DNA of 64,000 nucleotides from Raja brachyura (lineage: Eukaryota), in assembly GCA_963514005.1 (NCBI GenBank), contig OY740790.1, positions 39,246,001-39,310,000 of the forward strand, given 5' to 3'. The notes under the pieces were generated by a model. It searched no databases, was not told the DNA's origin, and was given only the letters and a program-made list of their open reading frames with translations. Of this stretch, positions 12,181-25,411 are shown piece after piece (positions within the stretch are counted from its first letter, which is position 1; every line of letters begins with the position of its first letter). A program made the position numbers and the translations under genes.

Positions 12181-12869
12181 ATGTTGTCTGGGACCTTGCT
12201 GGGTCATTCCAGACCAGTGGGATTGGTCTTTCTGATCTGGAGAAGGTACATTAGAGGAAATTAAAAATATGGGTGGCAAGTACAAGATGTATATGTTATT
12301 GAAAAATAAAACATCCTGGAAAATTAGATATTTGCTGCATGAATCATCAAAGCAAACAACCTTTTGATGACCACTCGGTGATTGATAACTACAAGATTTA
12401 CATTTTAAATTAAGCACGTAAGAAAGTCCGATAGTAGTAGTTAAAAATAATAAAGCATTAATAAACACTGAAATTTAACGTCCCACCCCTAAATATATTG
12501 CCCTTAAGGCATTTATGGAGCTGGAATTATAACCATCTTTTTTTTTTACTAACGGAAATCTGTAGATTAATAGCCATGCTAGTGTGGCCTACACTAACCG
12601 CACTCAATTTAGTAGTAGTCACTGTTTTTCCCTGCACCTTTCTATTAACATTATTAACTTTTTTTATATTTATTTTTATTTTGTTTTTTATATGTCATAT
12701 ACTGTACTACATTACTTTACTTATGAATGGTATCATAGAGTAGACTCGAAGAGATATGTATGTAAGAAAAAGTTATTAGTATTAATATTCGTTGATCAGA
12801 AACAAGGGTATGAAATTGGGATGAATATGCTGAGGCATCTACCTCATTATAATCCACCTTAATACTAAA

Positions 12870-15800
12870 ATGCAAGACATTAATAGGAAAAATGGGGGTG
12901 ATGGAATCACCTTCTGTAGTTGGAATGTAAAGGGAATTAACGAACCAATTAAAAGAGGTAAGGTTTTGGCTCAGTTAAATAGAATTAAATCAGATATAAT
13001 TTATCTTCAAGAAACTCACCTAAAAAAGGACGCACAATATAGACTAACTGCAAAATGGATTTCTAGCGTGTACCACTCTTCATTTACTCATAAATCCAGA
13101 GGGGTTGCAATACTTATTCGTAAAGGTATCCAATTTAAACATAGCTCAATAATAGAAGATCCTGAAGGTAGATACATAATAGTTACGGGTGAATTACACT
13201 CGAAGAAGGTCGTTCTTAGGAATATATATGGACCTAATTTCGATAATCCATTGATTTTTAAGAAAATATTTAACACTATTCCTAAAGCCACACAACATAA
13301 TTTAATAATCGGGGGTGATTTAAATTGTACTTTGGATAACTATTTAGATAGATCATCAACTGAAAGGAAGGCTACATCTAAATCAAGCGAATTCATAAAT
13401 TCGTTTATTAGTTCCACTAATGTCAAGGATGTTTGGAGAAATGATAATCCCACTGGTCGGGAATACTCATTCTATTCTCCGGTATTTGGAACTTATTCCA
13501 GGATAGATTATTTTTTAATAGATTCAAAGCTTATCCCATTCACATATGACTCAAAATATCATAATATTATTATTTCGGATCATGCCCCATTAACATTCAA
13601 GATTCATTTAAAGGGTATAACTAATAGATATTCTCAATGGAGACTCAACCCTCAAATATTAAGTGATAAGGCTTGTTACGATTATCTGGTTAAACAGATT
13701 AAACTATTTTTTGAGACTAATGATAAACCTGGAATTTCTTTGCCTTTTATATGGGACACATTTAAAGCTTTTATATGTGGTGCTATAATATATGCGCAAG
13801 CACACCATAATAAGGAAAACGGAAAGATTCAACAGAATTTGGAAAATGAAATAAAGCAATTAGACATGGAAAATGCTATATCACCATCTAGGGTGATATA
13901 TAACAAACTCGCAACATTAAAATATGTTAAATAAGATACAATCAAATTATGTTATTAAACTTTTTCAACAGACTAAACAAGTACATTTTGAATTTGGGGA
14001 TGAACCACATAAACTTCTATCTCGCCAACTTAGAAAATCAGATGAAGAAAAAATGATATATAAAGTCAGATCTGAACAAGGAGGAATACTAACTTTACCA
14101 AAAGATATTAATGATAGATTCCAGCATTACTATCAAAAACTTTATACATCCAAACTGACGGGTCAATCTGATGGAATGGAAGCATTCCTACATAAATGTC
14201 ATATTAATGGATTGGATCCGGAAGGAAGAGACTTGTTACATGTTGAAATATCAGTAAAAGATATTGAGGAATCAATCAGATCATTGAAAAATAGTAAAGC
14301 TGCTGGCCCTGACGGTTTAGGTGTTGAATTTTATAAGAAGTTTCATGATTTGATTTCCCCACGTCTACAAACAATATATAAAGATGCCTATGAGCAAGAA
14401 CAGCTACCAGAAACCTAAATAAATCTACAAGTACACTCATTCCTAAAGTAGATAAAGATCTGGAAGATCCAGGATCATATAGAGCAATTGCTTTTCTAAA
14501 TACGGATCAAAAAATATTAACTAAAATTTTATCTCAAAGGTTAAGTTTAGTGATCAATAAATTAATACATCATGATCAAACAGGCTTTATCCCTAAACGC
14601 TATTCTACTTATAATTTGAGACGTCTATTCAATATCATATATTCAAAAAGAATTAATGATATTGAATTAGCTGTTATATCCCTGGACGCAGAAAAAGCAT
14701 TTGACCAGGTTGAATGGCCTTACCTATTTAGGATAATGCAGAAATTTCAACTGGGGGAAGGATTCTATAAATGGGTTAGAATTTTATATTCTAGCCCAAC
14801 AGCAAGAATCCTAACAAATCAAATGTTATCAGCCAAATTAATGTCTCTAGAGGTTGTAGACAAGGATGTCCGTTATCACCTTTATTATTCGCTCTTGCAA
14901 TAGAATTATTAGCCAAAAGGATTAGATCGGAACCAGAAATTTATGGATATAACACCAATACCACAATAAATAAAATATCTTTATACGCAGATGACGTCTT
15001 AATATACATAACAAAACCAGAGATTAGTATCCCTAAGTTACCTAATGTTATAACTGAATTTAGTATGTTCTCAGGATATAGAATTAATTGGAATAAAAGT
15101 GAAATTATGCCTATAACAGGAATAAAATTGAATAAATGACAAAAATTTCCATTTAAAATAGTTACTGACCAAATTAAATATCGTGGAGTTAATGTATCCA
15201 AATCTTATAATTCTCTATTTAAATCAAATTTCCCCCAATTACTGAATAAACTAAAAAATAATATCTTATATTGGAAAACATTACCAATATCAATGAGCGG
15301 CAGAATAAATGCCATTAAAATGATTTTTTTACCACAACTACTATATTTATTTCAAGCTATCCCGCTATATCTTCCTAAAACATTTTTTAAACAAATTGAT
15401 TTCATTGTCAATAGCTTTATTTGGGATTATAAAAATCACAGAATAAGTAAAAGACATGTATGTAAATCTAAGATAAATGGTGGACTAGCACTACCTAATT
15501 TTTTATATTATTTCTGGGCGGTTCAGATCAAGAATATGAATTTTTGGTTGGTAAATATGGATCAGGACCCAGCTTGGTTAAAAATGGAAAAGGAAGATTG
15601 TTTACCTTTTGATATAAGTACGATACTCCTTGCCCCAAGGGTGGTACAAAAAAAAAATTATAGGGAAAATCCTATAATTTTAAGCAATATACGTATTTGG
15701 AAACAAATAGTTAAGACTTTACATTTAGTAAATATGTCGCTTTGCTTACCAATTATGAATAATCCTTTGTTTAAGCGCTCTTTATTGGATGGGGGGTTTA

Positions 15801-16403
15801 GACGTTGGAAAAATTTAGGAATTATAAGGATAGAACATCTTTATAGGAATGGTAAATTTCTCTCATTTCAAGAGTTGAAAGATATTTATGGATTGCACTC
15901 AAATAACTTATTTAGGTATTTACAAATCAGAGATTATGTTAAATCAAATATGCAAGATTATAGAAATAGAGAACCAGGATTATTGGATGATGTGCTCAAT
16001 AAGCACCCAAACACAGAGAAATTAATAGTATATATATATATTATCCTTTTGGATAGGGAAATACCAACAACAGAATCATTTCGACAAATATGGGAAAATG
16101 AAACTGGTTTACCGATATTAAAAGACTTTTGGGAAGAAAGTTTACAAACGTATACACCGTTGTTCGTTAAATGCCAGACATACTTTGATACAATTCAAAG
16201 TTTTACATAGATTACATTATTCAAAAATGAAATTAAATAGAATTTTTCCTAACATATCCCCATCGTGTGATAAATGTCAGCACATAGAAGCTGATTTAAC
16301 ACATAGTTTTGTAACATGCACAAAACTTAATAGTTATTGGACTGAAATATTTAAAATTATTTCTATAGTTCTTAAGATTATATTAAATCCTGACCCAAAG
16401 CTA
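12870..16403 (+). pseudogene. L1 LINE ORF2 (APE endonuclease, RT, CCHC), disrupted; no recognisable ORF1 and no 3' end
   Basis: Endonuclease motifs SWNVKG, LQETH, GGDLN, SRIDY and SDHAP (12870-13934). KAAGPDG, HHDQTGF, SLDAEKAFDQVEW and YADD (~14984). GRINAIKM and GGLALPN. Zinc knuckle CDKC-x8-HSFVTC (~16266-16320). Several stops and frameshifts. Confidence 0.95.
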
Positions 16404-16599
16404 AGTGACTGAGTGACTACGTGAAGACCCCGCCAGCACGCATGCGCGACATATCGTCGAACGCATTGCGGAAGCAATAGTCGGGAGGAGCGCCGCTCCT
16501 CCAGCGTACGTTTAAAAACCTACCGAAGGTAAGTCTTACCATTCTGGTGAGCGTGGTGACTCGGTGTTCATTGGTTTTTCCAGCAACAAAACAAACACC

Positions 16600-17816
16600 A
16601 TGGAGTCGAGAAAGTCCAGGAGAGCAGCGGCTAAAGTCGCTGCTATGGAAAGCAGCCAGCAGCGTGCCGTCTCTCCAGAGCTGCAGGTGCTGCCAGCAGC
16701 TCCCGACTTCTCGCCGCAACAGTCCGCAGGTGCGCCGCGGTCCGCCGGCAAAACCACCCGGAAGTCGGACAGGTCCTTTGACTCGGCTGGGTCAGGACCT
16801 GACGACACCCCGTTCGCGGATAGCGACAGTGGGCGTCTTTCCCGCATGGAGCGGATGGTGGAGCAATTGCTCCAGCGTGACCTGCTTATGCAGGGGCAGA
16901 GTCACAGTGGGTCTCTTTGCAGACCCACGGCAGCATCCTATCAAGGACTGCCAAATGTCTCACCCTCTTCGCAGGGAAGCATTAGGGGTCAGAGCTGGGC
17001 TGACCCTGAAGAAGGGGCAATGGCTGAAGAATTACCTGTGTCAGGGGTGCCAGAAGAGTTGTTGGGCATGGTTAATAAACACGCTGTGCCAACCCAGAAA
17101 GGAATGCCGATACATCCTAAGCTGGCAGCCAGTATTAATTACATGGCTACGAACCAGCTGCAGGAACAAGCCATAAACTTCACGGCAGAGAAATACCTTG
17201 CTCCAGAGAACTGCATTTCTCTAAATGTGCCTGCAGTCAACAACCCCATCTGGGGCAACACGAGCCCAACTATAAGGAGCCAGGAGGTGAAACTCCAGAG
17301 AATCCTTAAGCTGCTGGCTGCTGGTATTACAGCAGTAGCCAGAACAGCCGATGGGGTTGAGATGCCTGAAGAGCTGCAAGATGCTCTAGCACTCCTGTGC
17401 AATACTCAATTTGAGATTAACAGCTACAGGAAGAGCATCATCAAGCCTGCACTCAATCCCAAATTTGCGGGATTATACAGGACTAGCAGCACACAGCCGC
17501 CACCTTTGCTGTTTGGGGACAACCTCCCAAAGCAGGTAAAATACCTGGATCAGGAGGCCAAATAGGCCTGATCAAGGTGCCAAACACCTCCAAAACCCAT
17601 TATCAGCAGTGGCAGCACCCCTACACATCCACCAGACATCGTTATAACGAGAGACCATCTGGTGGTGAAAGCTCGAAGGCCGGCCCACCTGCACAACGGT
17701 CTTTTTTAGACCATGGCCCAGCCCGGCCTTCTTGGAAAATGTGCCAACCCCACACCGTAGCAACACAATACACCAAGAAACAAGGACAGAGACAATCAAC
17801 ACAGCACCAGCGGTAA
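16600..17816 (+). pseudogene. DIRS gag-like ORF1 (frameshift near 17560)
   Basis: ATG at 16600; ...PENCISLNVPAVNNPIW...QDALALL...RKSIIKPALN...LLFGDNL, typical of DIRS ORF1. Confidence 0.8.
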
Positions 17817-19750
17817 CCATGGAGGTAGGTGCGTCTGGTTGCCTCAAAAACATTGCATGCCTAGATTCATCAAGGGTTGGTGGACGGTTGCACTTGTTTC
17901 ATCATGTGTGGAGCACTTTTACCTCTGATCCTTACATACTCAGAAGTATTCAGGGTCAAAAAATTGAATTTGTATACAAACTCCCCATCCCAGTTCAGCA
18001 TACGCCCAGCCGGAAGTTCATACTTTCACAAAAAGAGAGAACAGCAGGCCAGGCTGAACTGTTAAGACTAAATGCAAAAGGAGTAATTGAGAAGACAATC
18101 AGAGAATCTCAAGAGTTCGTATCAAACATTTTTACATAACTAAAAAAGATGGCGGATGCCGCATCATTATAGATTTGACCGAACTAAATACTTCTGTTCA
18201 GTATGCCCATTTCAAAATGGACACGTTTGTCACAGCCAAACAGCTAATCTCTGATAGGTACTACATGGCTTGCATCGATCTAAAGGATGCATACTATTCA
18301 GCACCGATACACAAGGATCATCGTAAATATCTAAAATTTGTCTGGATGGAACAGCTTTGGCAGTATACGGCCTTACCCAATGGGTTATCATCGGCACCCA
18401 GGTTGTTTACAAAATTGTTAAAACCAACTTTAGCATATTTAAGGAAACATAACCATATTGTCATGGCTTACTTTGATGATATTCTCATAGTAGGTGAGAA
18501 TTTGGAGATGGCTACATTGGCAGTATCAGCCACAAAACATCTTTTTCAAAAGCTGTGATTTATCATACATCCAGATAAATCAAAATTGAAACCCTCCACT
18601 ACCATGGATTATTTGGGGTTCACCATCAATTCTGTTCAAATGTCTATCACCTTGCCACCAAACAAAGTGACAGACTTGACGGAAGCATGTAAAAGCCTCA
18701 CTGGCATCAGGGAACCATCCATTTGGCAAGTAACCAGAGTGATTGGGAAACTAGTGGCTGCATTTCCAGCAGCACAATTTGGACTACTCCATTACCAAAA
18801 TCTGCAAAGAGCAAAAATTCTAGCTCTTAAAACTCATGCGGGCCATTTTGATAGGCCTATGAAACTTCCAGGGAAAGCTAAATTAGACTTAAATTGGTGA
18901 ATAGAAATGCTCAGCATTGTTCTAACCCCATCAATATCATGAATACCTCGGTTACATCACAGACTGATGCCAGTGCTAAAGGCTGGGGAGCAACTAATAC
19001 CACCACAAGTTGTGGTGGCAGATGGAGTGCACAAGAATTAACCCTGTTCAAAGCACTAGGAATTAATTATCTAGAAATGCTGGGAGCATTTCATGGACTC
19101 CGGGCCTACTGCTCAGACAAACACCAGTTGCATGTACGGCTACAAATTGATAATACCACAGTGGTGGCCTATATTAATCATAAGGGCGGAATAAAGTTGA
19201 TATTATGTGATGAATTGGCTAATAATATCTGGCACTGGTGTCTGGATGGAGAGATTTGGATCTCAGCCACTTACCTTCCAGGTAAACTAAATACAGTGGT
19301 GGACACCAGGTCACGTAAATTCAACGACAACATTGAATGGATGTTTGTTTGGAAAGTGTTTACAGATATTACACAACGATATGGGACACCAGATATCGAC
19401 CTTTTTGCATCCAGACTAAATCACCAACTACCTACATATGTTGCTTGGGAACCAGACCCAGGGGCAGCAGTGATGGATGCTTTCTCGCTGCATTGGGGGG
19501 ATTTGTTTTGCTATGCATTTCCCCCCTTCTGCCTCATCAGTCGGGTCTTACAAAAATTAAACAAGACACTACAATGGGTATTTTGGTTGTTCCCGACTGG
19601 CCTACCCAACCATGGTTCCCAGCAGTGCTAAAGATGGTCGCAGAACCCTGCATTCGGATCAACAAATGGCCGAGCCTGTTGGTACACCCTGTGACAGAAG
19701 AAAGTAATCTGTGCCATGATCGAATTAACCTATTGATTTGCAGATTCTGA
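17732..19750 (+). pseudogene. DIRS pol: RT, RNase H and N6-adenine methyltransferase-like domain (frameshifted)
   Basis: RT motifs VGGRL, HFKMDT, IDLKDAYY, LPNGLSSAPRLFTK and YFDD. RNase H motifs TDASAKGWG, INYLE, DNTTVVAYIN. MT motifs IDLFAS, DAFSLHW, YAFPPF, VVPDWPTQPWF. Confidence 0.92.
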
Positions 19751-19770
19751 ACAGGCCATCTCTGGACCAC

Positions 19771-19899
19771 GGACTCTCCGACAGAGCGATCAATGTCATC
19801 ACAGCGTCGTGCAGGGAGTCCACCAGAAGACAGTACCTGACATATGTCAGAAAATGGGAAGTGTTCTGCACCAGAATGAACACTTCATATGACTCAGCC
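19771..19899 (+). pseudogene. N-terminal stub of the DIRS tyrosine recombinase ORF
   Basis: GLSDRAINVITASCRESTRRQYLTYVRKWEVFC, the typical start of DIRS YR, then an abrupt join to the ICR. Confidence 0.75.
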
Positions 19900-20454
19900 A
19901 GGGCATAAAATCACAGAGCTTTGAAATCTTCACGTAGTCACTCACGTGACTCCGAAGTAAAATAGTAAGATTAAATGAGAACTTACCAGTTTGAAGTTTA
20001 ATCTTTATTTTATGAGGAGTTACGATGATGGATTGCGCTTGCGACAATAATGAACCTAAACCTACACCTAAACCTCCTGTATTTGCCGAGTATTATTCAG
20101 CTACTATATTTTGAGAAGAAGAATGAACATTGTTAGAATTATGAATGAAATAATGGAGGCTGGCAACTTCTTCAGTAAAGGTAATTAAATATAAATTAAT
20201 TTTCAGATACCATTGATATTTTATAAACTGAAGCGGTATCTTTAACATGGTAATGAATTGGTTCTGTGATGCTATTAGATCACCAAAGAGTAGGACAGCA
20301 CCACTATTGGTCCCAATGGCTAGAACACGTGACAGCATAATATACAAATCAGCAAAACCACAATAGGTGACAACATGCACATTGTCACCATGTAACATTG
20401 ATTCAAAAATCAATAGACCACCACAGAAGTGAAGGCGTGGGCAGCAGATTATAG

Positions 20455-20895
20455 TGGAAATTGCAGCGAATTGTGGACGCAGCCCAGGCCATCATACAAA
20501 CCAACCTCCCTTCCATTGATTCCATTTATACCTAATGCTGCCTAGGGACGGTCAGCAGCATGAGTCGTACCCTGGCCATTCCCTCTTCTTTCCTCTCCCA
20601 TCAGGCAAAAGCTATAGAAGTGTGAAACTGCACACCTCCCGATTCAGGGACAGTTTCATCCCAGCTGTAATCAGGCAATTAATCATCCGACCACAACTAG
20701 AGAGCAGTCCTGAATTACTATCAACCTCATTGGTGACCCTCGGACCATCTTTGATCGGGCTTCACCTTGCACGAACATTATTCCCGTACCATGTATCTGT
20801 TCACTGTAAATAGCTCTATGTAATCATGTATTGTCTTTCAGACTATTAGCATGCAACTAAACCTCCGTACACTTGACAATAAACTAAACTGAACT
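20455..20895 (+). mobile_element. Rex1/Babar-like LINE 3' end
   Basis: YPGHSLFFPLPSGKSYRSVKLHTSRFRDSFIPAVIRQL; tail ACAATAAACTAAACTGAAC. Confidence 0.8.
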
Positions 20896-21039
20896 GAACC
20901 CCTCATATTCAGAATACGTATCCCAAAGCCATAATGTTCTACTTGATTCTGTGCTGGTCTTGCACAGGCAGAGGTTTAAATTTGAAAAAATTTCAATCTC
21001 TAAAGTGCGTAAATAAAGATAACATTTGATTAGATGCAC

Positions 21040-22680
21040 AACTGCCATCATTTCTTGGAGCTGCAACTTGTAGAATGGATAAGATAAAACCAGTGAATGT
21101 GGTTTATTTCATACATGATATGGTACCACATGATGAATGAATGAATTAATGAATTAATTAATAAGTTTATTGGTCAAGTATGTACACATACAATGAATTT
21201 GCCTTGGTGCTCCGCTCGCAAGTAACAACACGACATACAGTAAACCATTAAGAATAAAACAAAAAACATTAAAACATTAAGAATAAAACATTATAGTTTA
21301 AACATGTGAATGAAATAAAATACCAGACAAGTGTGCAAAATTAAAACACATGAAATTGGGAATAATAACATGTATTGAGAAATGGATTATATCAAAAAAC
21401 AGAAAGCGAGAATAAATGTGTCTCTTTCCTGGAGGCAGACAGTAAATTGTGAGGTGCTGCAGAGACCAGTGTGTGGGCCCCAGGCATTCACAATACGTCA
21501 AAAATATGGATTAAGGAATTGAACGAACACACCTTCAAATTCAGTGGCTGGAGGGGAAAGTAAATGTGCAACAAAACCTGCAAGTCTTTTTCCACCGGTT
21601 GCTGAAAACTAGTATTTTGGTGCAGCTAGCAGTAACAAAAGAACCTGGTATGTTGGCTTTGATCGCAAGAAGAATACAATACATGAGCAAAGATGTCTTG
21701 CTACACTGTGCAGAGCCTTGGTAAGATCACATCAGGTGCTGTTTTGGATCCTTATCTGAGGAAGAATGTTCTTTCTGTGGTGAGAACATAATAAAGGTTA
21801 ACTTGACATATTTCTACAATGTCAGTACTGATTACAAGGAGACATTGGGTTGGTTTGGCCTTTCTCCGCTGGAGTATGAAAGGAAGAAAGGGTCATCGAA
21901 AGGTATACAATTCTGACAGGATTAGACAAAATAGATGCAGGAAGGATATTTACCGTGGCTGGTCACTAAAATTGCGGGTCATACCCTCAGGTCAAGTCAA
22001 ATTTATTATCTTCTATACAAAAATGCTGAGGTACACATGCAATGAAAATCTTACGTGCAGTAGCAACACAGGCACATATTCAGCCAGCACATGGACATAT
22101 AAATTATTGATAATTAACTTAGGTTCTACAAGACAGTGAAAAGAAAAATACTGCAAAAGCAGGATATTAGTGCAAAGCACAATTAGAAAACATCCGCAGT
22201 GGTGCAAGAATTCTGCACTTTCAATGAGAAGAGAGAGTGGGAATCAAAAGAATGAATCCAAAAGTGATAATGATTGGTTATCACTTATTCAGCGTTACTG
22301 AATTTATAGCAGACAAACAAGAGTAGATAAGGATACCCCAGTAAAGTAAAATTATTGTGTTTTCAAAATTCTTATGTGAAATATTACAGTACAAGGCATG
22401 GGATTAAGAACCAATATCAGCAGAAATGTCTTTATCCCGAGAGTGGTGAATCAGTAGAATTCTCTTCTATGGAAAGGTGTAGAGCCCAAATTATTAAATA
22501 CAGTATATTCAGCAAAGAGGTAGATGTTACATAATGCCATGGGGATCAGGAATAAGAGGATTCAGCAGGGGTAAGGTACTGATGTGGATGGTTAGTCATG
22601 ATCATGTGAAAGGGTGGAAAAGGCCCAAGCTCAGGATTCTGGCTAATTTCTGCTCCCAGTTTTGATTTTTCTATGTTACT
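21040..22680 (+). mobile_element. Old fragmented CR1 with nested reverse LINE tails (~21130-21330, ~21990-22205)
   Basis: Degenerate CR1 RT and 3' motifs (GCCTTGGTAAGATCACA, GAGAGTGGTGAATC) broken by reverse-oriented LINE tails. Confidence 0.5.
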
Positions 22681-22957
22681 TTATTTGTATGTTTATGACT
22701 CCGACTACTTTGATGAGTCACATCATATTGATATAACAAATATTGTGACAGGCACCCAGATTTAGAATTCAACAAGGCCCTGGGGTTTGACTAAAGTTGG
22801 TCAAATATAAATGGACGAATGGCCCTCAGTGACCATGTCTGCCTTTAATTTACTGAACTTAAATTAGTTCTCTGTTACTACATTTTGACTCCTCCACTGC
22901 AAGATATCCTCGAGGAATGTAATGTCCACCAACGTCCACTTTGAGGAGGTTCTCCTC

Positions 22958-23085
22958 CAGTCTGAAGAAGCATCCTGACCTGAAACGTAATCTAACCATG
23001 TTCTTCAGGGATGCTGCCTGACCTGCTGAGTTATTCCAGCACTGTGTTCTTCTGTGTAAACCAGCATCTACAGTTCCTTTTTTCT
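22958..23085 (+). mobile_element. PLE terminal-repeat fragment with hammerhead motif
   Basis: CAGTCTGAAGAAGCATCCTGACCTGAAACGTA...GATGCTGCCTGACCTGCTGAGTT. Confidence 0.7.
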
Positions 23086-23104
23086 AAAACTGCCTGGATA
23101 TAGA

Positions 23105-23725
23105 ATAAACGTTAAGAAAAGGAGCTGAGGGTAGTGGTGGAAAGTTGTTTTTCAACCATGGTCAAATAGGGCTTTATATACGTTAGACTTCATCAGTCAG
23201 GGTATTGAGTATAGAGGTTGCAATGTTATGTTACAACTTTGCAACAGGTTGGTGAGGTCACTTTTGAAGTATCATGTTTCATTTTGGTCACCCTGCTATA
23301 GGAATGTTATTATTAAGCTGGAAAGAGTGCAGAGAAGATTTATAATTATTTGCCAGGATTCATGAGCCTGAACTATGGGGAGAGAATGAGCAACCTAGGA
23401 CTTTAGAGATTAAGCAACCTAGGACTTCCACAGGAGGCCAAGGGGTGATCTTATGGAGGTGAATAAAATCATGAGGGGAATTGATCGGGTGAATACACAG
23501 AGTTTAAGAGTGGCGGCTTTTTCACTCAGAGGTTAGTGGGTTTATGGAATGTAGTTAAGGGAAGTACGATAACAAAATTTAAGACACTTGGGCGGGTACT
23601 TGGTTAGGAAAGACTTATATGGGCTAATGTGGTATATGAGACTAATTTAGATGGGGCATCTTAGTCAGCATTGATGCGTTGGGCTGAATGGTCTGTTTCC
23701 GTGCTGTGTGATTCCATGACTTTAT
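23105..23725 (+). mobile_element. Degenerate CR1 3' region
   Basis: GGTGAGGTCACTTTTGAAGTATC, AAGCTGGAAAGAGTGCAGAGAAGATT, TTCACTCAGAGG; tail GTTTCCGTGCTGT. Confidence 0.75.
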
Positions 23726-23750
23726 GATGGTCAATTTTCCGTCTGCACAA

Positions 23751-23768
23751 TAGACAGCAGGTGGCGCA
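23751..23768 (+). promoter_or_regulatory. CTCF-like motif
   Basis: GACAGCAGGTGGCGC is a close match to the CTCF core CCAGCAGGTGGCGC and lies at the left edge of the CpG-rich domain. Confidence 0.5.
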
Positions 23769-25290
23769 TTTGACACTCGTCTATTAATGTAGCCAGGCTT
23801 CCTGAATGAATTGACACGGCGATTTGAAAATTACGACCAGAACCTTCAATTTGGAGGCGAGATTGCAGCAGATTTGTCGTGTTGTGTTCCAAGCCACAGA
23901 GCGTGGTCTGCAGCAACAAAGAGAAGCAAGAACCAGAATATGACCAGGATTCTCAAACCACGGGGAGTCCCTGCTGGATGTGACAATGGAAAGAGATCGC
24001 GGTGTCGTTGGGATAGTGCCACATAAACTTGGCGAAATAGATCCAGGTAAAATGTTTTTGATTCTTTAATAAAAACTGATGCAAATCAAAATTAATTTAG
24101 CTGAAAATTTAAACGCATTTCGTTCTAAAAATAATAATCGCTGAAGCGAGGGCCGTTGTTCCCAGTTTTAGGAATGACCTTTGCTCCTTTGATGTGATCG
24201 AACACCGGAACAGTTTGTGAAAATTTGCCCAGAATCACACCCAGATCTGATTCCACATTAACTAGTTAAATAAAAAGACCAGGATTAGTGTGGTTTCCGG
24301 TGTGGTTTAAAGGTCGCTGAGTTCAACAGGTCCACATTTAATAGATTAAGAAGTAAAAAATAAATTTTAATAAACGAGGAAATTAACATTGTATCACGTT
24401 TCCTCCAAATTAAATCATATTTGAAGAAAATTTTATTGAACACTAAGGGTTCCTTGCTTGCAAGTATTGAAGGAAGGGCTGGTCTGTGGATAAATCATTA
24501 GACACGGGGAGATTACAGCTAATGTTGTTCATTACACTGTCCTAATCCTTATTCTTTGTTTACTAGATCTCTATTCCTTTAATAGGGCGTGTGTTGGCTC
24601 TATTAAGTTTAAATCAACTTGTATGTGATTCAATGTGTTTATTGGAACGCTTTGAACACGAGATAACCATTTAGAAAGTACGAACTGGTTGGCATTTGAA
24701 GGCCGCGTGGCATGTGGAACTGGCAGCTGCTTGACTATGTTGACTACCGTCTTACTGGAAAATCATGGAGAGAAAGTCATCGCGGCACCTGTTGCGGAGT
24801 CGCAGTACGCCGAGACGACGATTAAAGTGCTGAGCTGCCCATTTGTGCTCAGCGCCCACCCCCCCCCCCCCCCTTCTTACATTCTGAAATCCGGGGCCTA
24901 ACGGGCTATTTTTACTTGAAACAGTGAATTTGAACATTTTTGTCCCTCAGTAATCAGCGGTGAAATGAAGTTAGTCATTTTAACAAAGCATTCAAAATTG
25001 TACAAATTCTAAATGCAATAAACACATTGAATATTGAAAAGCTCAATACTAATTTATAAGCCTGATACCCTTACACAGCTGAAAGTGCGAGCAATAAATG
25101 TATATTGAATATAGTCAGCATGTGTATCTAACGATCAGAACTAATTTGCCAGTCAAATAAAATGATGAGTTGTCTGAATACAGAGCACCTTGTCTTAATT
25201 ATGGATTATTTTGGATAACAAGATATATTTGAATGATGCACATCGATTAATAAACAACCGCAGATATTAAGCAACCGTTAGTAACTACTT

Positions 25291-25411
25291 GCTGGAGTAA
25301 CACAGCGGGACAGGCAGCATCACTGGGGAGACTGCCTGTCCCGCTGAGTTACTCCAGCATTTTGTGTCGATCTTCGATATATCTGCGGCATCTGCATTTC
25401 CTTCCTACACA
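25291..25411 (+). mobile_element. PLE-derived insertion with 5' inverted segment (hairpin)
   Basis: GCTGGAGTAACACAGCGGGACAGGCAG / CTGCCTGTCCCGCTGAGTTACTCCAGC inverted arms; 13-bp TSD TTAGTAACT(A/C)CTT at 25278-25290 and 25412-25424. Confidence 0.8.

Larger units (their letters stand above)
16410..20035 (+). mobile_element. DIRS1-group (tyrosine-recombinase) retrotransposon, defective
   Basis: gag-like ORF, RT, RNase H and MT domains in DIRS order. An 18-bp perfect inverted repeat links the left end (16410-16427) to an internal complementary region (19927-19944). Confidence 0.92.

Noticed and set aside
16417-17402. Antisense and alternate-frame ORFs over DIRS gag
   Set aside because: Shadows of a GC-rich coding frame; no motifs.
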